From: Eledone cirrhosa
Lineage: Eukaryota
Assembly (NCBI GenBank): GCA_964016885.1
Contig: OZ024743.1
Span: 148,676,001-148,740,000, forward strand
DNA: 64,000 nt
Direction of reading: 5' to 3'
A program made the translations under genes and the position numbers. Positions 1 through 13,729 of the stretch are shown in pieces. The notes beneath the pieces were generated by a model. The model saw only the letters and a program-made list of their open reading frames with translations, did no database searches and had not been told where the DNA came from. Each line of letters opens with the position of its first letter. The stretch's first letter is position 1.

Positions 1-490
1 GATTAAGAAGTAAACTTCACAATCATGAGGCCCCAGGTTTGATCTTTTGATATCTTGGACAAGTGTCTTTATCCTAAACATATAAGGGTTGGCTGAAAGA
101 GTCATAGGCAGACAAAGATACTCTCATGGAATGACCAAATGAGTTTTATTTGTCAATGTAGTCACTGGAAAGAAACAATGCAGTTATTAATAAAAAGGGT
201 TGAAATAAATGTATGCAAGATTTTACAGCTTTAGCATTAATCCTTCATAGTTAGCCTATGAATTGTTTAGCTGATACTTGTAAGTTTGCCCTAGCCATGT
301 AAGTGAAATTGGTTGACAAAAACTGAAGAAAAGTCTGTAGGAATTGATTGTTCTTGTAATTCACATATTGTATCATCCTGATTTGGCTTGGAAATTGCAT
401 TAAAGGGCCATGTGTCTGTGGAATACTCAGCTATTTAAATGTTTCATTCAGTTGACTGAACAACTGAATGCTCAGTCAAAATCTGATGGT
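1..490 (+). mobile_element. Old degenerate tRNA-derived SINE (family D), split by a mariner MITE
   Basis: Segments gattaagaag...cttggacaagtgtctt and gtgaaattggttgacaaaaactg resemble the copies at about 6060-6200, 24165-24545 and 40850-41170. Confidence 0.5.
81..282. mobile_element. Tc1/mariner-type MITE
   Basis: Imperfect TIRs tataagggttggctgaaagagtcataggc and gcctatgaattgtttagctgatacttgta; TA at both ends; interrupts the SINE. Confidence 0.65.
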
Positions 491-1029
491 GGATCTAACA
501 AGAACACTAGGAGCATAAATGACAGGAAATGGAATCAAAACCAGTTTGCTGATTCAGCATACTGAAGAATTTGATTTTGAATCTACTGTTTTTATCCTTT
601 TTTTTTTATTTTTCAGCCAAGCAAGTAAGAAAGACAAAAATATACACTTTTTAAAATCCTAAACCTTGTCCATGATATCAAATCTGATTTGTATTTAGGA
701 AATACTATATGAGTGCATAATGGTGTGACTATACAACAAAAAAAAAGCACCCAGTAATATTTTGATGCTGTTCGAAAGGATTAGGCAGATGTTTTAAGCT
801 ATAGTGTTAAGACTTTATATTCCTTGTTGGGTTTTTACTTTATTAATAAATTTCAGTTATTTTCGTTGTTGTTATTGTTCTAGTTGAAATAGTTTTTTGA
901 CTGGATTTATTTTATGATTTCCATTTGTTTTAGAATTTTGTGTGATTAGATATGTGTGCATGTGTGTGTGTTTGAATGTGTGTAAACATTGTACATGGAT
1001 TATATCTATCTATGTATTTAGCTCTCTCT

Positions 1030-1088
1030 CCCTCTTTGTCTTTCTTTCTCTCTCTCTCTCACTATATATATATATGTGTGTGTGCGTG

Positions 1089-1150
<62 letters not shown>

Positions 1151-1154
1151 CACG

Positions 1155-1186
<32 letters not shown>

Positions 1187-1251
1187 GATATATATATATA
1201 TATATAGAGATATATATAGATAGATATTCATATATTTATTTGTATGTACGA

Positions 1252-1293
<42 letters not shown>

Positions 1294-1398
1294 TCGTACA
1301 TACAAATAAATATATGAATATCTATCTATATATATCTCTATATATATATATTCCTGATGATTTCTAAAGAATGAAACAGTTCTAGTCCTGTAGAATCT

Positions 1399-1449
<51 letters not shown>

Positions 1450-1465
1450 ACATACATATACATAG
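1030..1465. repeat. Compound (CT)n/(TA)n/(CA)n microsatellite
   Basis: Visible directly; explains the YIYI ORFs at 942-1515. Confidence 0.95.
1354..1388 (+). ncRNA. Hammerhead ribozyme core fragment inside (TA)n
   Basis: CTGATGA-t-ttc-taaa-gaa-t-GAAAC-agttcta-GTC; stem I is not evident. Confidence 0.4.
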
Positions 1466-1490
1466 GGACAGATTGACAGGCAAAGAGGGC

Positions 1491-1669
1491 TAATAATTGT
1501 TTCTACTTTTGGCACAAGGCCAGCAATTATCCCAGTGCATTACTGGTACTTTATTTTATCGACCTCGTAAGGATGAAAGGCACAGTTAACCTCGGCTGGA
1601 TTTGAACTCAGATCATAAAGGGAGGTAACTCTATGCTTCAAAGCATGGCGTCTGACCCTCTACCGATAC
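1491..1669 (-). mobile_element. tRNA-derived SINE family A (slightly 5'-truncated)
   Basis: Reverse complement of the consensus seen at 63468-63657. Confidence 0.9.
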
Positions 1670-2475
1670 CATGTTTGCAAATATGTGCGAGTGTGTCCAT
1701 ATTTATATATATATGCTCTATCCAGTATGTTAGTTATCATATGCTGTTTTCATATATGTTGTTTGATTGGTGTGTGTGTGTGTGCATAGGGAGAGATGAG
1801 AGCACATTGTTATCTGTGTTGCAATATATTCATATAAGTATGTTTCCAATGTGTGAGCTTGTCTATTTATATGTATATCTTTCTGTTTATTTTTTCTTTG
1901 GTTGTCTAATTCAACTTATGTGAATGTATGTATGTATTATGTATGCATGCATGCATGCATGCATGCATATATGTATGTCTGTGAAATAATAAGTTTGAAT
2001 ATGTATGCATATAAGTTTGAATATATATGCATTCACATACACACTTAAATGTGTGAGTATTAAATATATGATACCTACATACTTGTAATTCAATATGTGT
2101 GATCATGTGCATGTGTATGTGTTTGTATATATTTTCATCAAAGATCAAATGTTACTATTTTGACATTATAAAGACAGATTAAGCAATAATATTTTTGGTA
2201 TGATTACAAGAGATTAAATAATATTTTCTCATTTTTGTGTCAGATTAAATAACAACAGTTTGAAATTGCCATGAAAAATTTTAACAAAAATCTTTGAAAT
2301 TGCTTCAAGAGATTAAAGGATTATATTTTGAAATTGTTATGAAAGATTAAATAATATTTTACCCGAGAAAATTTATCATATTAAAAAATCTTTATTGAAA
2401 CTTTTACAACACATACATATATTCATATAGAGAATATATATGCATATATATGTGCATATGTATGTATATATGTGC

Positions 2476-2534
<59 letters not shown>

Positions 2535-3831
2535 TGTATATATAATGTAAAAGAAATCCAAAGAACAACGTAAAAAATTAAGTAAAAGAAAACGAATTAG
2601 ATTTTCGAGGTTAAGATGTTTAAATATCATAAGTTGCTCTTGTTTTTGTTATTGTTTCTTTTTGCGGATTTGTTATTTAATTTTTATATATTTTGTTTTA
2701 AAACTCTTAATTTTCTTTAATTTAATTTTTATGTTGTCTTTTATTTCAACCTTAATGATATTTAAATTAGTGAGATCATTAAAATTTCATTCAAGTTCAT
2801 TTTATTCCAATAAGGAATACAGTGTGAAAACACATGCTATTGTTGCTGTTGTATTTTTTGCTGCTCTTTTAGTCTTTAACTATAATATCAATGAATATTT
2901 ATATTTGATACTTATTTTAACTTTAATTTCTCTTTTTAATTTGATATATTTGTTTATTTTTTCATCGTATATTTATATATTTTTTGTTTAGTTTTCTGTT
3001 ATTACAAACAATTTTGATAGTTAAACCCTGGTGAAAAAGAAATATGTTTCTATGAGAGAATGTGTGCATGCATACACACACACCCACATACACTCAAACA
3101 CAAACACGCACAGAGACACACAGACACACACTCATAACCTAAATGAATTTTAGCAAGAATCCTGAAATTATTTTTAGCATGTTTATTTTATCTGTTTATT
3201 TATATTTCTTTCCATTTTTGTGAATATCATTTTTATATATATGTTTTTTTTTATTTTAGATATTATTGTTGTTATGCAATCTAATATAACATCATGTGAA
3301 TATTATTGTTTTGAAATATATATACACATATACATACTCACACATATATGTATGTGTATATGTGTGAGTACTTGTGTTAATATTGCTGATATTAAAATTA
3401 ATAAATTTGAGATAGAAATCCATGCAAAACATCCTATTATTCTCTGGTGGTTATAACAAGCTCAGTAGAACACAATACTTTTTAAATGGTTAATGTGAGA
3501 AGACGGGGTGATGGTAATCCTTCAAAACTGTTGATAAAAGTAAGAAAAATTGGATGATAGCTAATGTGGTTTGTTTGGGAAGAAGTTGTTGGCTAGCAAA
3601 TGGGTGTGATGGAAACATGGTCAGTGATGTTCCTTTATTCCCAGAGATGTTCCATATCAGAACCATTCAGGGTAAGAAGAACTGGAAGAATTTGTTTTGT
3701 ATAAAGTGTAAATGGAGCAAATCTTTGAAAGTGAGATGGGAAAAGTGACAGATGGATGGAATGGATTTAGGTTCTTACCTGTTAATGGTCATGTGTATGT
3801 AAGTATATATATATATACATATATATATATA

Positions 3832-4157
3832 TCATCATACGTACGCTTTTTCCCTGCTTCCAAGGGTGGGACGGGAACTGATTCTGGCTTGATTTCTACA
3901 GCTGGATGCCCTTCCTAACACCAACCTCATTTACAGTGCGTGCTGGGTGCGTTTTTGCTGTGGCACCTCCACGACCACTTTGCAGTGGAATGATATGGAC
4001 CCCAGTCCCTATCATCTCATTTCTACAGCTGAGTAAACTGGAGCAATGTGAAATAAAGTGTCTTGCTCAAGGAAACAACACATCACCCGGTCTGAGAATT
4101 GAACTCCCAACCTTTCGATTGCAAGGCCAATGCTCTAACCACTAAGCCATGTGCCTG
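3832..4157 (-). mobile_element. tRNA-derived SINE family B (RTE-type tail)
   Basis: Near-identical to 34019-34363 and to the reverse complement of 56722-57068. Confidence 0.9.
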
Positions 4158-4578
4158 GCCTATATATATATACGCAGACACACAGGCACATACATATATG
4201 TATATTAGTAGTGGGCCTAGTCAAAACAGGATTTTATATTTATTGGTGGTGTGCAATGTGAAATAAAGTGTCTTGCTCAAGGAAAGAACACATCACCCAG
4301 TCTGAGAATTGAACTCACAACCTTTCGATTGCAAGGCCAATGCTCTAACCACTAAGCCATGTGCCTGGCCTATATATATATACGCAGACACACAGGCACA
4401 TACATATATGTATATTAGTAGTGGGCCTAGTCAAAGCAAGATTTTATATTTATTGGTGGTGTGCAATGTGAAATAAAGTGTCTTGCTCAAGGAAAGAACA
4501 CATCACCCGGTCTGAGAATTGAACTCACAACCTTTCGATTGCAAGGCCAATGTTCTAACCACTAAGCCATGTGCCTCC
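4043..4578. repeat. 210-bp tandem repeat (about 2.5 units) containing the SINE B head
   Basis: gcaatgtgaaataaagtgtcttgctcaagg starts at 4043, 4253 and 4463. Confidence 0.9.
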
Positions 4579-4659
4579 ATATATATTTAAATGTATTGGA
4601 AAAGCAAATGACTAGGCGTGAAGTATAGATTAGACGTGAAGAATTTAATCCAAGCTCAT

Positions 4660-4711
4660 TCTTTAACACAAGTTTCAACACAGTATCAGTCTACTGTACC
4701 TCATGCAAAGA
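4660..4711 (-). ncRNA. Degenerate type I hammerhead motif (Penelope-like remnant)
   Basis: Minus strand reads tcttt-gcatga-ggtacagta-gactga-tactgtgtt-GAAAC-ttgt-GTT-aaaga. Stems I and II pair; CTGATGA is damaged. Confidence 0.45.
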
Positions 4712-6215
4712 CCATGTTGAGAAAAATACTTTGGTAAGCAATCTTATTTTTTTTTGTACATTGATCTACAGAAGAAAATGTTATCTGTACATATATATAT
4801 ATGTGTGTGTGTGTGTGCATGTGTTTGTGTGTGTGTTTGTGTATGCTGGTCTGAGTTAAATACAATAGATTAGTAGTTCAAGGTGAAATATGAGCAGAAT
4901 TGTTACAGCTTTGAGTTGGGCTGAGTTGCTGTGTATGTTCTAGCTTTCTTTATTATGTTTTCTTAAGTGTTAGACAATCTGTTCCCCAGTTTAACACCAC
5001 CATCACCCGGTATTATGGTTTATTTAGTGGAATTCACTCTGCTGCAAGCATTTGGTCCAGAACACTGGACTGGAAATAACTTCCTTTTTCCCTTCCACCT
5101 GTCTCTGCAACCCTGAATCGTAGAGGGTCATGTGCAATGCCCTTCTCTCCATAATGAAATAGCTGGAAAATATTTCATTTTAGTAATGTTGTAAATTCCA
5201 CCAACTACTCACCACCACTTAAAAATATTAACTAATTCCTTATCAAAAGAAATCATTGCATGAAGAAATATTTCTGCAATCTGATATGGGAAATTCATGT
5301 CTTGATATCATATTTTATAACATAATATTTCAACAAAATATTCAAGATAATATCAGTTTCATATTATGTACATAAAATCACTGATATGGAAACAAATATC
5401 AACTTACTATCATTGTTTACAATAACATATATTGTATTTTCTTTCTTTTATAAAGTGTGTGTGAGCACATGTGTTCATGTAAGTGTATGTCTCTTCATGT
5501 GTGTGTGTGAAAGAATTTATGTATGCTTGTGTGCGTATGTGCATATATGAATGAGTGTATCTCCGTTGTATGTATATGTATATATTTATGTTTTTTGTGT
5601 GGACATTTGTATCATGTTTTCAAAGTAAGATTTTTTACATATTTGATATTTAATCTGGTTAGCAGATGTTGTTGATTTTAGCCCATAACTAAGTTCTGTC
5701 TTAGCAAACGTATGTCCAAACGTGTTACAAAGACTGTTGTCATCTCTAATTGTTTTTTCATAGATTACATTATCAAATTTGTCCATAATTTTTGACAAGA
5801 TAGAAAGAGGTGTATTGTACGAAATCCGGCTGCTACTTGTTGCAGAATGAGTGACTGCATAAGAGTTACCTTGTTGACTCATGTTGTTGTTGGGTAGTAG
5901 TAAGTGTTTCATAAAAGAAGCTTCTTGTTTAGAATGAAAGAAAAAAAGATCTCTTTAACTTAAATTATCCTCCTCTTTTTAATCCAAACTTGATACAGGA
6001 TATAGAGTTTAAATTGGCCAATTCCGCTCACTAATTCCAAAACCACACACACACACAGGGCATGGCTGTGTGATTAAGAAGTTTGCTTTGGACCATGTGG
6101 TCTTGAGTCCTATCCCATTGCGTGGCACCTTGAGCAAGATTTTTGAGCTGTCTTATGCCTTGAAAATGGATTTGATAGGTAAACCCAAACAAGGAAGTTC
6201 ATCATATGTATATAT

Positions 6216-7828
6216 CATCATCATCATCATCATTTTACGTCTGCTTTTTCATGCTTGAGATGGGTCTTATTCAGCACAGCATCTCTCCACTTGTCATGGC
6301 CCTTCATCATCTCTTCTGTGAGCTTCAGCGATTGAGGTCTGCTCTTATCACCTCCGCCCAAGTTTTTACGTGGTCTTCCTCTACTGAGTCTTCCTTCTGA
6401 GATTTCTTGGCACTTCTTTACCCAGCAGTCATCTGCCATGCGCATCACATACCCATACCATCACAGTCTTCTCTCCAGCACACTACAACTTATCCCTCTT
6501 ATACATAGTTTCTCTCTCAACTCATCCATGCTTGGTCACTCACGCACATTGACATTACACATCAAACGGAGCATGCTTGCTTCATTTCTCTCCAGCTGTC
6601 ACATGTCCTCTGCAGTGGCTGTCCATGTCTCACTACCATGCAGCATCACGCATCTCACACAGTCATCATATAACTGGCCTTTCATATGCAGGGAGAAACC
6701 CTTCTTTGCCAACAGAGGAAGCAGTTCCATAAACTTCTTCCAACCCATCATTATACTAGATACTATGGCCTCAGAATGCCCCACTCCCATGCTAATCTGA
6801 TCCCCCAGGTACCGGAAGCTACCAACCACTTCTATAGAACCTACCTGCATTTGAAAAATGTGTCTATCACCGCGACCTCTACTGTCAAATTTCCCTGTAC
6901 ATCTACTGCATACGTAGTGTTCCCTACCTGTTAGTTTGCCTACTATCCCACTACATCTCAAGTGTACCCAAGATCTGCATTGTGTACATTTTATAGAATT
7001 TATGCCAGCTCCTTTTCTACATATCGCACATGGCCATTTCCATGATGGAATCAGAGTTTTGTCCTCTTTTCTACTTATAAACACTTTTGTCTTAGCTAGG
7101 TTAACTCTCAGTCCTCTTGATTCCAACTGCTGTTTCCATAGCCAGAATTTATTCTCTAGCTCCTCTACTGATTCTGCTATAAGAACCAGATCATCAGCAT
7201 AGAGAAGTTCCCATGGGCAACCAGTCTTAAACTCCTCTGTTATGGCTTGGAGGACTATAATGAACAAGAGCAGGCTGAGGACCGAACCCTGATTAACTCA
7301 TAATTGTATCTGGAATTCCTCACTAAACTCCATTCCTACTCTTACTTTACTGACAGCACCTCTGTACATAGCTTGCACTGTCCTCACAAGCCATTCCTCT
7401 ACACCTAGTTTTCTTAGGGACCACCAGATGACAGATCGGGGTACCCTATCACAGGCCTTCTATAGGTCAACAAAAGCTAAGTATAGTGGCTTATTCTTCT
7501 CTAAGAACCTCTCTTGTAATTGTCTCACCCAGAAGAGGGCATCTGTTGTACTTTTCCCAGGCATAAAACCAAACTGCATCTCATCTAATTTGACCCTTTC
7601 TCTAATTAGTTGTGATAGTATTCCTTCTGCCACATTCATAACCTGATCCATCAGTTTTATGCCCCTATAATTGCTCCTCTCCAGAGCATCCCCTTTACCT
7701 TTGTAGCAATTTTTGTGAATACTACAGCACCAGTCTTTGGGTATGACTCCGCCATATATAGCTTGATTGACGATACCTGCAACCAGTTTAGTACCTACTT
7801 CTCCTGATGCCTTCTGCATCTCAGCACC
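6216..7828 (-). mobile_element. 5'-truncated, frameshifted RTE-clade LINE (RT, PHD-type finger, C-terminus, (GAT)n tail)
   Basis: ORFs 7460-7819 (KGKGDALERSNYRGIKL, QFGFMPGKSTTDA), 6599-7267 (LLYADDLVL; CAIC..CTQC..HLRC..CSRC) and 6230-6448 (GRPRK) are homologous to the 28.9-31.9 kb ORF. Confidence 0.93.
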
Positions 7829-7834
7829 TATCTA

Positions 7835-7890
<56 letters not shown>

Positions 7891-7973
7891 TGTGTGTGTG
7901 TCTTTGTGTGTGTGTCTCTGTGTGTTTCTGTGTGCGTGTTTGTCTGTGTACATTAGTAGGGAATCAGATGATG

Positions 7974-8165
7974 ATAATAATTGTTTCTACTTTTGGCACA
8001 AGGCCAGCAATTACCCAGTACATTACTGGTACTTTATTTTATCGACCCCATAAGGATGAAAGGCAAAGTTAACCTCGGCGGGATTTGAACTCAGAATGGC
8101 AAGGGCCGTAACTCTATGCGTCAAAGCATGGCGTCCAACCCTCTACCGATACTGCCAATTCACCG
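7974..8165 (-). mobile_element. SINE family A
   Basis: Full-length match to the family consensus, including A/B boxes on the minus strand. Confidence 0.9.
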
Positions 8166-11100
8166 AATGATGATATATATGTTTATGGAAAGGCATATGG
8201 AAATTTCTTCATCAAGGCACAACTTGGGCAATGTTTTATTATGGAAGATGTGTATTTGTTCATATCCACACGTTGCCTCCCCTCTCCATGTCAGTGATAT
8301 TGTTGAAAGGAAAGGCAAAGGCTGATTCTGTGTTGCCTCATTATCTGCACAGGTTTCCCCATTGCTAGAACTGATGTTGTAAGGAATTTCATCTGATGCT
8401 CTACCAGTAACTCCAATCCACTACCCTGGACTGGTACATTATTTATTGATTTCTGAAAAGATGAAGGACAAAGTTAACATCAGTAGAATTTGAAATTTCA
8501 CTGCTATTTCTAGCATGTTCTGCAATCACATAGAGGCTCATTTAAAACTCTTATCAAGTGATAAGCGTTTAATTTTGGAATAATTAATTATTTAATACTT
8601 AATTTAAATTCGATTTCTTCTAATTGTAAAATTTATGAGTAGATAATTGGACATAATTAATGTCCATTTGAGCTAAATTTTAATTAAAAGCCACAACAGT
8701 ATTTATAAGATATTTGTACTGTTTGCATACTATTTTGCAACTGCAGTGATTTTCTTATTGAATTTCTGAATATGATATCCCTGCTGTTATTTTAGTTGGC
8801 AAAAGGCAACCCTAGTCAAGCAAACCTACGATTAAAGACTGTCTAGCTCAGATCATCTCATCTTATAATTTAAATTTTCTGACCTGGTCAACATTTTTGA
8901 TACATTTTTAGACAATGCAGTGGAAGTGGGATTTGTCTTTATGCCAGCTTGTTGGAAGCAGCATATAAGACGTCAGCAAAGTATGTAAATTAGCAAGTTA
9001 TCAGTGCATAATTTCTTTTCTCTCTCTTATATATATCTGAAAGCCTATCTAGTCAAACTAACTTGATAAGTGGATATGCTTTGCTAAGGAGATCTAATAA
9101 GATTAAAACATGTCTGTTCATTTTCACACATTTATATATGTATAAATATATGCACATGTGCATGTGTATACAGGCCATGTCTGGTGTATATGCTCACACA
9201 TGCAAGTATGACTGCATATGTGTGTGCATTCCTGCACATGTGTGTGTGTAATGTGTATATATGTGTATGTGTGTATGCATGTATATTGTAAGATATATAT
9301 CCTCAGCTCTGGTGTATCATTTGTAAAAATTAATAATAATATAAGATTTGAAAACTCCTTTTAAAATAAATATACTCTATATATGTAGATATGTGTGTGT
9401 GTGTGTGTGTGTGCATCTGCACACACATGCACACACATATACATCAGTAGTAATGACAAAGAAATTAACAACCCAAGGAAAAACTTAACTTAATTTTGAA
9501 AGAAAAAAGATGCAAATTTTATATGAAAAATTTGAGTTTCATTACAAAAAGAATAAAACTAAATTTCACTGGTAATGTAAAACCAAAAATATGGTTTTAA
9601 GAAATTAGAAAATATATGGAAAATAGTAAAGCTAAAATTACAACGAAATGGAATTTTTTGTATTGTAATTTTTAATATGTTCGTTCTGTGTTAACAAAGG
9701 AATTGGCCTGTCAGTTGTGTGTCAGGGTGTTAGCTATGCAGGAATTCTTCTCTGAATTATTTGGATATCAGGCTAGCTGAATACTTTGTCATTATTCATA
9801 GGACACATCTGTTCACTAAAAACCTTGCACCTGATCTGGATAGAATAGTTTAAAATTATAGAGCTTAAATGTTAGGATTATGATTTGGTTTGAAGTTTGC
9901 GGATGTAAGTTTGGGAGAAATTAAAATTCTTTGAATTAAATAAATGCATCATGAGAACAAATAAATACAAAAATACGTATTTATCTTATAAAGGATTAAC
10001 TGATAATGGGTGATGTATTGATGGGTGCATCATTGTTCTTGTGTGTGGGCAACATTGTTGATATGTATACATAATCAGACACATGCTAAGCTGGTTGCCG
10101 ACCCAGAATAGATGTGAAGTGTAGACTCCATTTCAAACTTCCCATTAAATATTGTAGAAAATATATATAATATGTGCATGTAACAGAACAGAATAAAAGA
10201 GACTAAAATCTTAGTGCAGGCCATCTAAATATTGTAGATCTATGCCAACAGGGCTATTTGTTTCCCCTGTTCTAGATGCACAGATTTGTATATGTGTGGG
10301 TGTCTCTGCACTTTTTGTCATTTTCTCTCCCTGTATCTGACTAAACCACTTATTTTCTATTGCTTCAGTTTGCCCTTATGTAAATAGTTAGTGTTGTAAG
10401 TGTCTGCTGTAGACTGGTATTCTGATCTTGTGGAGTTTATCATCAGCTTAATACTAAACTATCTCTATAAACAAACGTTTGTGTTTTATAATTGAATTAA
10501 ACATGACCACTTTCAAAACCCACTTAGATCAACGTGACTATCATTGAGGTTTATATACTAATATCACTGCAACTAAGTCAAAAGCAAGTATAGCTATAAC
10601 ATAGATCCACTCAAGCAAAAACTGTTGAAATGTCTAGAAAATTTGATAGAAGCATTGTATGTAGCTTCGAGAATTTGAAATCATTCCATGTTATGGTTGA
10701 CATATCAAATAGAAAAAATAAATGGAAATGAAAATACAATACCACAGATCGTTTGCCAGATTCAACAGACACATATGCTTAACTTAAAATACATTTCAGA
10801 TCACTGAACAGATACAAGATAGTCACTATGAAGCCAATGAGAGAGTATCTATGAAATCACTTGACCTACATTATGTAGAATTCAAATTCCTTTCATTTTT
10901 TAAAATGACAATGAAATAAATCTCATGATACTATTCACTGCATTGGAATTGGAATGGTCATGGGGGGGGGGTGATAAAACACAAAGTCTGACACAAACTA
11001 ACTCATCAACAATTGAGTAGCTAACTACATATTTAAAGTTCCGATCAAATCAGTGGATTGCTCCTATGTATTAGATAGTATACACTCATGCTCAAGCAGA

Positions 11101-13495
11101 ATTGAGTAGCTTTACTTACTAAATAAAATCAATGATTAGACATTAAAATATTTTAATATGAAGAAACTGATCTTACAACAATTAATGCAGTCGTTGTTGT
11201 TTAGCATCACGTAAGAGCTAATCAAATAGACAAGGCATTCAAGACATGAACATATTTCTTTTAGGCATAGTGTATCTGAAAGTATCATATCCAATATGTT
11301 TTTCTCATTTTTTTAAAGGGAATGATTTGAATGAGATTTGCCTGCTATTTGTTATCAAGTCAAGTAACCACATAAATGTGTCTTTGGTGGTCCAAGCACA
11401 AACTAAGTTTATTACACAAAAAATTATTTATTTATCTGAATGTAGTAATGGCTGAATTGATATAACAGTGAAGAACTATCAAAGAAGTTTAGTGATTTAT
11501 ATCCTGTGACGAATACAGCTTCATGTCTATTGCCAAAACACAAAACTTTCATCTGCTCCTAGGTAGGCTTAATTAGTCCATATATTTAAATAAACATAAG
11601 TACAATTCACTGCTTATATTCACAGCATTACTGTTATGGAATTGATGAGTGATTTGTTAGCTTATAGGAAACCTTGCTTAAAATGCAACAGTTTCTTTCC
11701 TATCAGTAGGGAGATATTCATCATCCACATCTAATACTACATCAGCTGGAAATAAACAGCAGCCTTATTGAGTACTGAAAAAATATATCTTACTTTTTAA
11801 AGTTATTTCACTGAGTCAAACAACAAGTCTAGAATGATTCTGTTAAAGATATAGCAAAATAGAAGTAGTGTTTTAGTATATTGGTAAGCTAGAGTGGTTT
11901 ATGGTCGATTTCAAAAGAGAGAGACAGAAAAATAGAAAGTTGAGCCCCAATACTGAGCTGGTACTTTAGTTATTGACTCCATAATGATGAAATACAAAGT
12001 TGATCGTGGCAAGATTTGAACTCAGAGGGTAATGGGCAGTAAGAAACACTGCAATATATTATTTCCAATGCTCTGATGACTGCCTAATGATTTATATTGG
12101 TAGATTTTTAGCGTTTTCATTTTTATTCCATTTTGTAAATGTTTGGTATTTCAAGAAAGAATGGGCGTTTCAGTTTTTGTTTGTATAACAAAGAATAAAT
12201 TAAAGAAAATAATGTTTCTTTCTCATAAACTAGCTTAAAATTTGAACAAAATGTAAAAACACATGTTATGGGTTTTGTCTGAGAACATTTTCTAATTTGT
12301 ATCTCATATTAGTCGATGAAAATCAAAATAAATATATAAAATCTATGAAAAAATAAAACAAGATTGCGTGTAACTTGATTTACTTCTTGTTGGAAATAAA
12401 GACAAATGCACTTCACTTGAAGCAATATTCACCAAAATGATCTTCACTAACAATTATACACAATGATAAAAAAATGGCTGAAGAATATATTTCTTTGAAA
12501 TTTTTTAATTCGTTTTCACAGAAAACTCATAAAATTTTTATTTCCAGTCAATTAATGTTATGAATTTGTTTAAAACAGGAACAAATGTCATAGGATTGAA
12601 ATCCCTGTTAACCCTGAGACTAAAAGGGGGCACAAAGTGGAGGACAATTTTAAATATTCCATTCTCTTTTTTATTATGGTGCTTTGTTTGTTTTTTTTTT
12701 ATTCTATTTTTGTTATCTTTTCAGTGTTAGTACTTTTGTTTTGTCTATTTATGTGTGTGGCTGTATGAAATTTTTGGCTGTATTGAATTTTTAGCTTTTT
12801 TTCATTTAATTTAATTTTTTTAATATTTTATTTTTTTCTATTTAGCTTTTGCTTTGATAAAAGCAATGAAGTTTCATTTATCATTATTATTAATTACTAT
12901 TATTATTATTATTATTGTTGTTGTTGCTGTTGTTGTTGTTGTTATTATTTTTATTATTATTTACTTTTTATTTATTTATTTATGTTTTTGTTTTTCAAAC
13001 CCTGAAAGGCATCTTTTTCAAATGTGCAATTATAAGAAGAAAGACAATCTGTGTGATATGGCAGCATACGCTTTTGTTCAGAACGGTTTGCAATGGCAGA
13101 CCAAAGATTTGACTTTTTTCTTTGTTGTGGTCGAAATACTGATACAAGAGATGCTCTTCATCAATACAACATTTCCTGTCAGTTTTAGTTGTTGTTGCTG
13201 ATGTTCTTATTATTATTGATAGTCCTTTGTTTTCTTTACTGTTTATATAGTCTTGGAGTATTAGTGTGTAAAGGTGGGAGGAAAGGAAGGGTGGAGGTAT
13301 TGCTCCATCCAAAATTATTTTCTATAGTCCCATCACTCTTCCCTCTTTCTTTTATAACACTTCCTTTATTTTATTTGACATTCTTTGGTATTTTTTCTAT
13401 TTCCAAACAACTGTCATAAGTCATTACAATTATGATTTAGTCTAGCTGGTATTGTTCTTATTATTTTTACAGTTCTTTAACCTTTATTATTATTA

Positions 13496-13533
<38 letters not shown>

Positions 13534-13729
13534 TAAACTTTCTTTTATTTTATATATATGTGTGTTTGTGTTTTATTCTATTTTATATAATCTTTGATTT
13601 CTATGGTAGGAGGTTTACTTACCTGAGGATAAGGAACTATTTGAACTACAGTTCCATGTGAAATGTTACTTCCTAGCTTCTAGTGAAAGAAAGCCTTTTG
13701 AAAATGGTGTCATTCTACCATGAATAATA

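Noticed and set aside
617-624. Possible 8-nt plus-strand microexon (tttcag|ccaagcaa|gtaaga)
   Set aside because: Not frame-preserving, and such matches are expected by chance in T-rich DNA; no other support.
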